DNA of 64,000 nt from Geosiphon pyriformis uo1 (lineage: Eukaryota > Fungi > Glomeromycota). Positions 12,222 to 25,269 of the stretch are shown piece by piece. The notes beneath the pieces were generated by a model. The model had not been told where the DNA came from, searched no databases, and saw only the letters and a program-made list of their open reading frames with translations. Positions within the stretch are counted from its first letter, which is position 1, and the number at the start of each line of letters is the position of its first letter. Location of the stretch: positions 1-64,000 of the forward strand of contig JAAOMT010000334.1 of assembly GCA_016748015.1 (NCBI GenBank), written 5' to 3'. The position numbers and the translations under genes are program-made.

Positions 12222-15128
12222 AATTAAAATTTCTTGTAATTTAATATAGTCATGATATTATATAATTTAAATCATTTTGGTAGAGAACAAAGTTTCATCG
12301 AAATTTATTCTTTTTGAAGGTGAAAACTTTTAAACTATTTTTTTTATTGAATTTCAAGATCTTATAAGGAGGCAATTTTTTTATCGAATTTCAGTTAGAA
12401 AATGTTACAGTCAAATCGCTCTAATATCAACTTTGTGAGACCAAATGCTGTCGTTGATATATAAAGAGTTGGATTAAGATAGAGTTAAGGATATTTTAAT
12501 TGACTTTAAAGAATGATATAAATTTAAAGTATTAATGATTAATTAATATTACACAACTTTTATATAGAAAAAATAATTTATATACAATAAATAAATTCTT
12601 TAAAATACATTTAACATTTGAATTTTAAAAATTGATATTTTGAAAATATAATTTCTTTATATTTCAAATTATTATTGGAGTTCAAATTTTGATTAATTTT
12701 AAAGTTCAGAATGAAAAACAATTTAAATATTATTTCAGCTAAAATATCTTGGCAATGATTCGCAAACTAAAGTAAAAATCATAATTTGTATCAAAAATAT
12801 ATAAAGTTTACAGAGAAAATAACAAACAAAATTAATCTATATATATTCTCTCATCAAAACAACATTATTTCTTTTGTTTAAAATATATAAAAAATGGCTA
12901 AATCTCATCACTTTGTACATTTTAAACTGTATATTTACCACAAATAATTACAAATATTGCAATATTGTTTTTTCATAAATAAATAAAAGTTTGATATTTC
13001 TTATTATATTTATTACTATTGTAATTATCTAAAATCATTGTAATTATATAATACAGATTTGTTTTTTGTATTAAAGATGACCAATAAAATTTTATGAAAT
13101 AATAATACTAGATAAAAAAAATAAAAGTAAGCTTAATAATATTCAATATTATTTAAATAAAAAAATTTCATATTAAAATATATATAATAATTTAAATTAG
13201 ATTGATATCAATATTGATAAAAGATCATATATTAGTTTATTTGTATCAAAAAATTTATTATTAAAGAGGTTGATAATAAAGAAGTGTAACTGCATAAACA
13301 AATAAAAATTTTAATGAATTTTTTGATCTAGATGGTATTTTTATTTGCTAATCAATTTATTATTTTATGAATGATCTTTTAAAATCAATAGATTTTTGTT
13401 AGAATTAATAATCCAGGAAGCTTGGTTTTTTGAAATTATTTCAATTTCATTGTATAAGAAGTCATTAATCTCAAAATAAAGCTAGATTTATAAAAAGAAG
13501 TAAATAATTGATTCCATTCATGATCAAATATTCAAACCAAATTATTTTGACTTCAGGTATCTACTTAAATTCAAACCATTAAGCAAATTTCATTGATGTG
13601 TTGTAATTGAATTTCGAAACTTTTAATAATATTCAAGGCTGAATTCCAAAATACATATTGAATCTGTGAAAATATTATGGTTGGATTTATGGCCACATTA
13701 TGGAGAATTTATTATTGAGATTACGTTAAATAGTTGAACTGTCCAAAGATTTCAAATTTAATTTTTAAGAAAAAGGGTAGAATTTATTATTTGAACGAGT
13801 AAATCTATAATTCGTTGTGTATCGGAGGATTCGGGATATTTCTTACAATCAGGTAAATTATTTTTAGTATTTCCTTTTAATAGCACATAGAAAAAAATCG
13901 AACTTAGAACATTATCCAATTTTAGTTTTGTCCTGTTAGCCATAAAATTAATTGGCATGTATAATTATTCACAATACTAGAGATAAGGTAATCACAGTGA
14001 ATCTAGATTTTAACGATACAATACATCACCTCCTCAAGGGTTTCAAAAATTGCACTATAGAGCAAAAGTGAAAAATCCAAAAATTTTAATTCAAAAGATT
14101 AGGATGAGAAGAATAATTGTTTTGTCCAAGGGTTGGGAATAAAGTTTAAAACTAGCACAAAATGCAAAAAGAATATATACATTAAAAATTCGTAAATAAC
14201 AAACATACTTTCATTTTCATTGATCATCCTGTAAGAAACGTTAAAAATAGAAGGCTCATTTTTAAAAGTTTTTCATAATTATGGAGCTCTAAACCCTTTT
14301 CGTAGGTTATGCCTAAATAAATATCGTAAAGGAAGAGAAATGAACGAAATTCAATAGATTAGTCATCTCTTATGATCAAAAACTATTATCCATCTTTACT
14401 TATTTGCTAGATCGACGAAACATGCTTCCCCTTCAATTATTAGAGGAAAAATAGTTGTCTCCAAGAGCAATTTTCATCATGACAAATCTAGTTGATATCA
14501 CTTTTGGTGATCATTTTTCTGCCGATACGGAAACCTAAAGCTAATAAAATGAAAATCATCATCCAATTTCATAATACTTGTAAATCTGATCTTGGGAAGC
14601 CCGATTTTCAAACAAAAAGGTTCGGATTAAACAGGATATTTTGATAGAAAGGATATCCATAAATATGGTTAGCCTAAATTTACATGTTGGCGAATTTGTA
14701 TTTGATTTTCAAAAAGTTAATTGATTCTGCATAAAGTCACTCTGGGATTAAAATGCACGTTACTATAAGATTTTTCGTATGATTGGATCTTGATCTCAAT
14801 ATGTCAAAGAGGGTTTTGTTTTACTCATCGTCAGATTCTTCTCATCTATTCTATATTTAGAAAAATTTTAGACGGGAAAGCTGATGAGGTAATATTCGCA
14901 CGAAATCTTTGAAGCTATTTTCTAATTAAATAAACATTGGAAACATCTAATATCAATTAATGATAGTATATTTAAAACAATGTAGATAGACTTCCGAACT
15001 TTTATTGCTCCCTACATAAAACAAGGGTAGCGTTTTTCCAACAGAAATTGCCAGAGAAGCGTAATTTTCTCTATCTTTTGATTTCCTATTATTCACCGTT
15101 AAAAAGTACTTTATCTCATATAAAAAAA

Positions 15129-16304
15129 ATGTCGAGATCAATTGTTGAAATAGAAAATGGACCGACAATTTATACGCCATTACTTCCAAAAGGTCTCACT
15201 CGTTTCAGCACATCTTCAAATGTGACTCGAAACATAATAGTACTTGTTTCTTCACTAGTTGTGTTGAACATCGCAGCATGGTTTGGAGCAGCGGTTGCAT
15301 TTCAAGATTATCCCTCGCTTATGGGTACCGCTGCATTAGCCTACACACTCGGTTTACGTCATGCAGTTGATGCAGACCATTTGGCAGCAATCGATAATGT
15401 CACTCGTAAATTACTTCACTCAGGAAAACAACCAATATCAGTCGGACTCTATTTTTCGCTCGGACACTCAACTATTGTTATCTGTACTTCTGCAGCAATT
15501 GCCGCTACAGCAACCGCAGTTAAGGATAAATTGGATGAGTTCCAAGCAATCGGTGGTTTAATAGGTGCAATAGTATCAGCAACGTTCTTATTTGTGATAG
15601 GAATCATGAATTTGATCGTGTTCATATCAGTATTCCGTTCTTTCAAAAGAATGAAACAAACCGGATCTTTTGAAGAAGAAAGTATCGATGAAATTATGAA
15701 TAATTCTGGAATGCTTGGTAGATTTTTTGCACCCATGTTTCGATTCATCGATTCAAGTTGGAAAATGTATCCGCTTGGAGTTTTGTTTGGATTCGGTTTT
15801 GACACGAGTACCGCAGTTGGCTTATTGGGAATTGCGGCGTTTCAAGCCAATCAAGGGTTACCCATTTGGCTAATCATGATTTTTCCTATGTTGTTTACCG
15901 CTGGAATGGCATTGATTGATACGGCTGATGGAATTTTAATGCTAGGAACTTATACCTGGGCATACATCAATCCTATTCGAAAACTTTATTACAATCTTGT
16001 CATCACTCTATTGTCGGTATTGGTTGCATTTATTGTTGGTGGAATCGAATTCTTGAATATTATTGGCGAAAAACTACAACTTGAGGGTCCATTTTGGGAT
16101 TTCTTTTCAGGATTAGGTAAAAATTTTGGGACCATTGGATATTTGATTATTGGGTTGTTTGTTGGCACTTTTCTCTTGGCGAAAATTTTCTATCAATTTT
16201 CCGGCCTTGAAGATTTGGAGCATAAGTTCGATACTCCTGTTGAGGAAGATACTACAAATACGCATAAAATATATGCTGAAACAGATGATGGGATATCGGG
16301 CTAG
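15129..16304 (+). CDS. High-affinity nickel/cobalt permease, NiCoT (HoxN/NixA/Nic1) family, 391 aa, intronless
   Basis: Family signatures RHAVDADH, FSLGHSTIV, GFDTST and DTADG, plus several hydrophobic segments. First ATG is at 15129; the ORF-track start at 15048 is a TTG. Confidence 0.95.
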   Translation: MSRSIVEIENGPTIYTPLLPKGLTRFSTSSNVTRNIIVLVSSLVVLNIAAWFGAAVAFQDYPSLMGTAALAYTLGLRHAVDADHLAAIDNVTRKLLHSGKQPISVGLYFSLGHSTIVICTSAAIAATATAVKDKLDEFQAIGGLIGAIVSATFLFVIGIMNLIVFISVFRSFKRMKQTGSFEEESIDEIMNNSGMLGRFFAPMFRFIDSSWKMYPLGVLFGFGFDTSTAVGLLGIAAFQANQGLPIWLIMIFPMLFTAGMALIDTADGILMLGTYTWAYINPIRKLYYNLVITLLSVLVAFIVGGIEFLNIIGEKLQLEGPFWDFFSGLGKNFGTIGYLIIGLFVGTFLLAKIFYQFSGLEDLEHKFDTPVEEDTTNTHKIYAETDDGISG

Positions 16305-18533
16305 TTTTAGAAGAATCGATAATAAGAACGAATGTGCAAATAATTATAGGTTATTACAATTGTGTAAATAGCATTAGTTTTTGGTAAAATAGCTATTTCT
16401 TTTGAAAAAAGAAATTATGCTTGTAAAATTTTCAATTTTAACAAGATCTTTAACATTAAATGTTAAGAAATCCAAAAAATATCGAGTTAAAATGAAGCAA
16501 TGAAGTCACAAAAATCGAACCTATTTAAGTTTTCGTTACGCGTCAAAAAAATTTCTTACTGAAAAATCTCTATATATATTATCAAATGATGACATTCAAG
16601 CTTTAATAGCGGCCTAATTGATTTATATGAACAATTTCGTTGAGCCTAGTATTGGCTTTTCTTTCTTTTTTACTTTGTTTATCAAGGGAAAATAACATTT
16701 TCTAGGCTGATAAGTATAAAAAAAATAATAATCTCTTTGAAAAAAAAGTTGAATAAACAAATTTCAGCGTTTCCAATGTTAAAAGAAAAGTTTTTCCTAA
16801 GCTCAAAGCTGTAAGATTTGTTTCACCAAAATTCGAAGATTACTTTCAATCATTTGCTATCTTGGGCAATTACGCAATCACAACAATAGGGAAAAAAGAA
16901 ATATAACGCCGATTTTTTTGACAGACATAGTTTACCATACAATGTATATATAGATACATCAAAAATTTATAAAACTGGTTTTCGCGTTGGTATAACCTGC
17001 CCTTTTTTCCTTTATAATAAAAATTCATATAAGGTTAAATAATAAGACTTACAAAAAAGGTGATTTTATATAATGACATATTATTTGCAAATGAACTATT
17101 GTTTAAAACCTAAGGTCAAAGAACTATAATAAACTTTTTTTTCATTTGGTTTAAGTAATATTTTAGTTTGAAATTTAATAGCTTTTTATATTTGATGTTA
17201 AATTTGTCATTATAAAAGATAATTTCGAGAGTTTTTGTGACATATTTTATTTCGATTAATTAAGCTTTAATTTAAAACTTTTCCTTTAAAAAAAAATCCA
17301 AAAACGTAAAAATTCATTACGTCAAAGAATAAATAGAATAATAAAGATCTTAAATTTTAATAATTTAAAAATATGTTAAAAATTTTCATTTTTATATTTT
17401 TGCACATCTCAAAAGCGACAAATCTTGTTTGAGGATTGGAATTTTTTATACAATATAAATATTGTTTATGAAATACAATATCATAAAACCTTATAAAAAT
17501 GCTGTCTATTGAGACTTCTAAATATAATGCATAGCGAAAAAAAGTTTGAAAATGCGTATAAATTATTTTTTTCCTTCCTTCCTTCCTTTAAGGAACTAAA
17601 GCGAGCTCATTTAAAGGGACATTTATGTTCAAAAAATATATAAATCATTAACTTTTTCTCCTTCAAAACAACCCTGGGTGATGCAATTTTTTTCTAAATT
17701 CCTTTCCGAGTTTATTTGCTTCAACTCTCAACTTTGAGACTTATCATAATTCTATTTATTAAGCTCAAACAGTTTTCGGCGAACTTGTTTAGCAGCATCG
17801 ATGTTCGACAGAATGCTCTCCAAACACTTTTCTATTATTCAAAATAATAAGGTAGAATAAAGTAATTTGAAATATTCTTCATGAGGAGCCTGTCATGAGG
17901 CTAGTCGTGAAGAGATGACTAAATGTGTACAAATTATAATAATAGAGCGCTTTAACCCTCAATATAACGAGTTGTTGTCAACTTTCTTTTTAAAAATTTC
18001 TAGTGGATTAATAACCAATCCATTTTTAAATATCTTTATTGAACAATATTTCAAAGACATGATTCATTTTGTTTAATAAGAACTTTTAATTACTATGGTG
18101 AAAAGACAGTCATTAAAAACCCTGGTGCAGAGTTTGGTAAATTATTTAATATAAAATTATTAATGAAAAATGAAAATTCGAATTCAAGTAGCCCCTTTAC
18201 AATTTCAAAGAATCAGGCCTCTACCAAATTTTTACCAAGACTCGAATATTGTTTTGAGCTTACATTTCGAAGATTTTTAGATATTTAAAGTTTGCCTTAA
18301 TTAATTAATTTCTATTGTATTTTGAAAATCTATCGTATGAGTAATAACAAAGCCACATCTTGATAATGCTTAAATATACACTATTTGTAAAAGTCTTTCA
18401 AGAAAATTTTTTAATTTTGTTTCAAATCACAATTCAAATTTGTAAAATTCTAAACTACATATGAAGCAGCAAAATGCTAGAATTTTGTAACTTTATAAAA
18501 TAATTATTTGAGAATTTCATTATCAAATATCTA

Positions 18534-20152
18534 TCAAGTTAAATATGGGACTTCATCATCATTCGGTGCCATAATATATCCAAAATATGGACCCCAATGT
18601 GCGCTCGATTCTTCAGGAATATTTCGAGAGAACCTATTAATGCAATCCTAAAAAAAAAGTATATTTTCGAAAATAGGAATAGGAAGTTCTATTCACTAAA
18701 AAATAAATCAGACACCTTACCGGATGTTCACCTTCAAATCGCATGCCCTGACACACATATACAGTCTCGGAAATCTTTTTTGGATCTATATCAACACAAT
18801 CACAGTTAGACTTTCGAGGAATCCAAAATTCCATCATCTCATGTGCATGATCTCTAAAAAATAATGGGACATAATCGTCCGCATAAGTTACACGCCAAAC
18901 CTCTAGCCTTTTGTTAACGAATCGGGCGAATGCTTGATTTCCAATACGTGGTTCGCCGAATGTTACCACGAAAATCCTTAAGCGTGGCTTCCTTATACGA
19001 AGAGCCAGAGCTGAAAACACGGCAAAAACTGTGGGGGTTGAAAAGGAGGTATTTAAGTTGATAATTCACTTTTTAAATAATTTCTTTGCATTTTAGAGCA
19101 TATTTATTTGATAATCTAGATAATTAAAATTTCTAAAAATATAAATACATACCAGCACCTTCACCATGCCCAGTAAAGGCAAAGAAATGTCTCTTATAAA
19201 TATTAGCAACCCAAAATCCTAAACTTTCTAAAATCTTTTCTTTCACTTTTGCAAACCTTTTATGATAAAATTCATTATTAACTAATAGTGGTTCATCCGA
19301 GATTCCATCTGGGTATAAAATTAATTCTCTTGTTTGGGCGAGGCTTAACATTGTAGCATGGTCCAATGAACGACCTCGAAACGTAACAATTATAAATGGT
19401 CTTGACATAAAGGCTGGTTTTAATGGGTCTTGAACCCCATCGATTATTCCTGAAAATAAAGTTTTCCTTTTTTTCAGAAAATTTCAAAGATCACAGGATT
19501 AAATCCGAAACTTTGATGCTTTTTTAATTTTAAACCCACCCCAAACCTCAGGCATAATTAGAGATCTTCTTCGATTTTCTCTATAAGGCAATTGTGCATA
19601 CCGTGCCATTTCCGACAAAAATTGAATTGAATCTTCATGCGTTAACAGATAAGTTTTTGGTTCTGCAGGCTTAAATATGAGGTTCGTGACACTATGCCAA
19701 TAACCAGCAATTAGTCGCCATCCTCTTTTAATTTTCCCGATTAAAGGATCTCTATTATTTTTTTCATTCATTCTTTTTGTGAAATGAGTTTTTTGAGAAG
19801 TGATATTGTTTTTGGAAAGTGTATGTAAGGACGAATTATAATCACTGGATAGAGTAATTACTCGTGTTGAGGATGATAAATGTGATTTGGCACCTGGATA
19901 GAATTCTTGGAGACTTATCAATGGCGAATAATTAGAGTAATTTTTTTTTGATTTGTTAATGAGATTTTCTGTCAATGATAGTAATCTGGACTCTGGTTGT
20001 GATTTAAAAAAATCTTGTGATAAGGTTGATGAAATTTTGATAATTAAGCAAATATATAATATGGTGGTCACGATTGCCAAAAAAAATTTTATAGTTTGGT
20101 TCTCAGAACTTCTAAATAAGTGTTGAAACTTTAATGAGAATATTTGACCCAT
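18534..20152 (-). CDS. Class-3 lipase-like protein B (about 443 aa) with nucleophile Ser replaced by Gly; exons 20152-19540, 19449-19153, 19028-18721, 18647-18534
   Basis: Spliced open frame with ARYAQLPY, TFRG, TGHGEGAVFAV, VTFGEPRIGN, RVTYADDYVP, EFWI and HWGPYFG. Intron positions and phases match protein A. Confidence 0.9.
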
Positions 20153-22403
20153 AACCAATTATTTTCGAACCCACCACAAAGATTAAAAAAAATTTGGTCA
20201 AAAGGAAATTTTAGATCAATTAAGATCGCTTTCTAAACTAGTCTCAAAGGTTTAAAAACTCTAAAATCAAAGAAGGTTTAATTGCCAAAAAATAGATTCA
20301 TGAGCAGACAGGGCTTTAAAAGTTCTCAAATAGTTTCTTGACTTACATAAACAAATTGATAAGCATGATCAGCTAATTGGCATTGAAAAGCTTAATTGAG
20401 AAACATTAAATATTGAATGATAAGAATTTCCGTAAAGTTTATAGAGACCTTTTTACTTTTTTTTGTGATTACTTTTTTGTGATTATAAAATTGAAAACTA
20501 GCAATATCTCAATTGCATCATATATTTTTACTAGTTGAAGTGACATTTATGACTATATATATTTTTTTAACTTGATTATAATTTATCAGAAAAAATTATT
20601 CTCTAATTCATTTTAAAACTTATTTATTATTTTTAACAAACTTGCTTTTTTTATTGTAATCAAATTAGAATTTTAATTATATTATTTTCAATATTAGAAT
20701 TTAATATATATAGTTAAAACTCTAAGAAGAAATATTCTAGTTAAATTTTTGAAAAAGCTTTTTAACTAAAGTGCTATTAAGTATTTGGTTTCACAAATAA
20801 TAGTCACGATTTAAAAAACCCAACACTTTTTGTATTGTGTGATTTAAAAGCTTTCTTTCAACTGAATAAAATAAAATAAAATAAAATAAAAATATGATTA
20901 GTGATCCTGGGTTTTCCTTATTCAACTTTGAAAAATACAAAAATCCGTAAAAAAATTATACATGCTTAGTAGCTGATAAGCTGTTTTATTTTCTTATCAA
21001 GAGTTTTGTATTAGGTTGAAATATGAATTTTTCGTATCAAGCATAATAACATACAGATATTATTCGTTACACAATTATGCCCCAAATTAGAATTGTCTTT
21101 GAAACAGTTTTTAAAAGACAAAATAGGACCTATTCTTAAGGAATACGAGAGAAGTTGATGTTTATATAGAAAATGAAATTTTATTTTAGAAAGATAGGTT
21201 CGTTATTATTAATATTAATATTAATATTAATATTATTAAGAAACTGAGTAAACAAAATCTTATCTTGCTGAGATTCGTCTACAATTATGACCTAAAGATA
21301 ATGGATAAAATTATCATTGGATTGAATCATTTTCATAAAAGGGTTTACCAATCGCTAATGTAGTTTCATTTGCATGCCACGAATATGTGCGATCATTTTT
21401 TTTTTAGTAGCACAAAAGTTTATTGTGGATATCAAAAATGAAAAGAATAAATTAAATTTAACACATTCTAATAAATTGCTATGCTGGAATTATCTCTTAT
21501 TTTAGAAAAAATATATATCTACTGTAACTTTGTTGAAATGAGAAAAGGTTGCATTTTAAAAAAGTATAAAAAATTAAATTTTCAATATTAATTTTTCTGA
21601 TTTAATGACAATTGTATTCAAATGTAAATATTACATAAAGGTGTTTTTCAAAAAAAGCTTTAGAAATTCACATGTTCCAAAAATTTTGCTAATAAGCTTA
21701 GAATAAGTCAAACCTAAATCTTCGTTTTTTTGTGTTGCTTTCTCCTGAATCGCTTTATCTCAATGAATAGAGTAATCCCGTTTAACAGACTGTACAGAAA
21801 AGTTTTTTCACTAGTTCATTTAAAGTTATCATTTTTTATTTCATTTATTAATCCCTAATTTCTCAATACATAAATCATCTGTTTACCGAATTAATCAAAT
21901 TTTGGCAACCATTTCCAAATGATTAACACTTTAAATTCAAATCTTTTACCATTTCATATTTGAAGAACATCTTATTAGCCAATATATAGGAAAATCTTAT
22001 GTTGAAAAAAGTTAAAGGTTAATAAAAATTCGAAAAGATATAAAAAACTCTTTTAAATGACGCTTCACGTAAGATGAATGGGAAAAATGTAAGCAGGCTT
22101 CTGAAACAAATGCCAGAGTATCTTAAAAACAAACATTCGGTGGCTAAAATTGGCAATTTTCACATTCTTGTGACCAAGTTCTTTCGCTGTAATTATGCCA
22201 CCTTTTTGTAAATTTGTGAGATCTTTCGGGCAACCTATTTTTTGGTAAATTTCAAAAAGCATAATTTTGCCAACAATTATTAAATTGTCAATATGTAAAA
22301 AAAAACGCAGTAACCAATTAGGTACATGTATATGTAAGAATTATGGAAAAATATTAATAAATTATTTAAAAGAAAGTTTAAATTTTGTTTTAGTACTAAA
22401 TTG

Positions 22404-22461
22404 ATATTATATATTATATATTATATATTATTATATATTATTATATATTATTATTATTATA

Positions 22462-22513
<52 letters not shown>
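22404..22513. repeat. Compound AT-rich / (ATT)n microsatellite
   Basis: (ATATTAT)-like units followed by a long (ATT)n run. Confidence 0.9.
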
Positions 22514-22514
<1 letters not shown>

Positions 22515-22690
22515 TTTATCACTTGATTTTAATTAATCTCAGTTAAATTTCATAAAATGCAATCTGAATTCACTTATATGGATAAATCATAGGCTAGCAT
22601 TTTTTGAAGTATTTACAAAGTTTCTTATAATCAAAATTCAATAATTATAACCTTAATTCAATAAATGTATTGAATCTAGCACAACTCACC

Positions 22691-24002
22691 CTAGATTAAA
22701 GTTATCGAAACAGAAACGAAACCTAAAATTACAAACCATCCAAAACTCACGACTATTTTAGAGGAAATTCCCGAATTTGTTTTAGGAGGTCCGGTGGGGA
22801 GTGGATGTTCAGAATCTGATGTTGAAAAACCCTGATCATTACTAATTGTGTTTTTTACAGATGTGTTATAAACTTGCGGTCCAGTGTAAAACCAATATTT
22901 GGCAACAAATGTTTGATTAATTCTTGCCCCTTGTGGTACACTTGGCCTTTGTGGTACACTTGGCTCTTGTGGTATGCTTGGATCGCTATTGAATAAAATT
23001 TTTTTGATGCGAAAAAGTATATCAAGATTAGTGTTCTAACTTTCAAAGAGAATTTTATCAAATATTTGATTAAAAACTTTTTGAAAAATTTAAATACCAA
23101 AGATAATTTGGTGGCAGTTGAACATTTTCAGTATCGACTCTTAACACATAGGTGACGTTTGTAAATATCCCTCCTGGCTTTTTCAGATAAAGAACTTTTG
23201 AATTTCTAATACCAAAGTTTTACTTGACATTTTGAATTTAATTAAAAATTGACTGACCTTATTAGCTGTAGCTCGAGAAATAAACCAATCAATGGTTTCT
23301 GAACCAATATTTACTTGTTTGGTGATATTTGTGACAACCTCTGACTTGTCATTGCCTTGCCACGTGGCTCTGCCACCGTTGACTCCAGGAAGCTAAAATT
23401 ATCAATTAGAAACTTTTTTTATGTTTCAATAATAAAATATTTTGATTTTTATATATTTCGAAAAAACTCACAGGTTGGAAAAAATGTTCTCCAATTATAT
23501 TTTTTTCTAACAACGTGGAGTTTTTCGAATATTTGTCGAATAAATATGCTCGTGGGCCGACTTTGAGGTAAATCAAAAAATTATTCATCATTTGGATAAA
23601 GTCAATAAATTTTTTTAAAAATTTCAAGTATTTTTTACCAAAAGTCCAGTTCCCTTCCTTCCCCACATTGCCAACATCGCACTGATAGGTCTGATACCCA
23701 ATTGCATATAAACCAAAAGATAATTTATGTGGTGCTGGTACAATTAAAGCTTCTGGAAGTATTCCGTCTATTGACAAAATATAAACGAGTTCGTTAGGTT
23801 GTTGTCCATTATTTAATATCTCTAATTATATTGTTAATAATTTTTTAATATTAAAAAACTCACTATTTTGAGTTAAAGTTAGAATGACACTTGACTCGGC
23901 ACTCTTCGAGCTTGGTAAAGTCAAAATACTATCTCCAACAAAGAATTTAAGAGCCAGAAGTAAAATTAGCATTTTTTTGAAGCTGGAATAATATGAGATC
24001 AT
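22691..24002 (-). CDS. DUF3455-family secreted protein with a probable GPI-anchor tail (about 306 aa); exons 24002-23864, 23821-23639, 23560-23472, 23392-23258, 23177-23098, 22985-22691
   Basis: Spliced frame carries DUF3455-like motifs AIGYQTYQC, WTFVGPRAYL, IGEHFF, GGRATW, IDWF, FTNVTYVLRVDT and AKYWFY. It has an N-terminal hydrophobic stretch and a C-terminal NSG..VVSFGWFVILGFVSVSITLI tail. Confidence 0.8.
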
Positions 24003-25200
24003 GTTTAGGGCCCTAAAACAATTTTTTGTTTTCAAAGGTCTTGAATAAAATTTTACGTAAAATAAATTTTAATTAAAAAATTAGGAATTTGCGTCTATGC
24101 CAATTCTTAATTTGTGAAATTGTGAAAATAAAATAATTTAGCAAAACACGATTAAAATAATAAAACATACAAGTTAATTTCTGGTATTTTTGTTGAAAAT
24201 TACTTTTCTCTTCTCTCTGCATTATATTTTTCTTGGTGAATTTAAATTTGATAGCATGGTTCCACACTAATGCCAATTTGGATTTTCAAGAATTGGAAAA
24301 ACCATGAAATTTGTTTACAAGACAAATAAAAATATATGTACCATGTAATAGCATATTGTTATCTTAGGAAGCAGAAATGAATATTTTATTTTGATTATAA
24401 CAAATTGTTTTTTTTCAACATTTGTAGTTTGAGCCAATCAAAAAGAAAAGAAAAAAGATTTAACTGATACTGTAAATTAAGGCACCAAATATTTGTGAAT
24501 TGTTTTGAACATCGAGATACATTTATATCTATGTTTTGAGAAATGAAAAACGTTAATATTTACTAATAAAGAATAAAGGATAAACCTTTTAAACCAAAAT
24601 ATTTTTCTTCTTTGAAAGTGTTTTTACGGATTCAATTTTCACACCAAATAATTAGCATTTTTTAAATGACTTGGTTTTTTTATTTACATTTTCAAGTTCG
24701 AAGAAATTAACTTAAAAACATCACGATATTTAATTATATTAATCAATCTTCATCAAAATTAATGCTTGAATTTGAACTCATATCCTTAATCCCTTGGTAA
24801 ATTTAAAGTTATTAGCAATCAGTGAAGCATCAAATTTTTTAAAGAAAACTTTGAAAGGAATGGACCAACTTGCCACTATCTTAAAGACTATTAATTAAAT
24901 GTAGCAACCATTAATTCTTTTGATTTAAGAGCCCTGAATGTCAGGTTGCAAATTACAAAATCCCAATCAAAAATATTTTAATTTTATGTGATCAAAACTC
25001 TTTAAAGTGAAACAAATTAACCTTTTATACTCCCAAAATTTTGAAATCTATTTTTGCTAAAAAGTTATGTTAATATATAAAACTTTATAGAAATTTCCAT
25101 TTCTGAATTACCAATGATAGATCATGTAAATATATTATATTATCAATTTATCAGCTCGGAAAATTCTTTTCGCACACAAATAACGTATATCCTTTTAACA

Positions 25201-25234
<34 letters not shown>

Positions 25235-25269
25235 ACTAATTCTTTTCCATCTACCAAATGAAAACCATT

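Noticed and set aside
15361-15805. Alternate-frame and antisense ORFs inside the NiCoT gene (similar ones occur inside Argonaute and the 60080 gene)
   Set aside because: Shadow ORFs of real coding sequence.
22855-23100. ORF with YHKGQV repeats
   Set aside because: Wrong-frame reading of the DUF3455 last exon plus intron; the spliced frame gives PSVPQ repeats and the conserved YWFY end.
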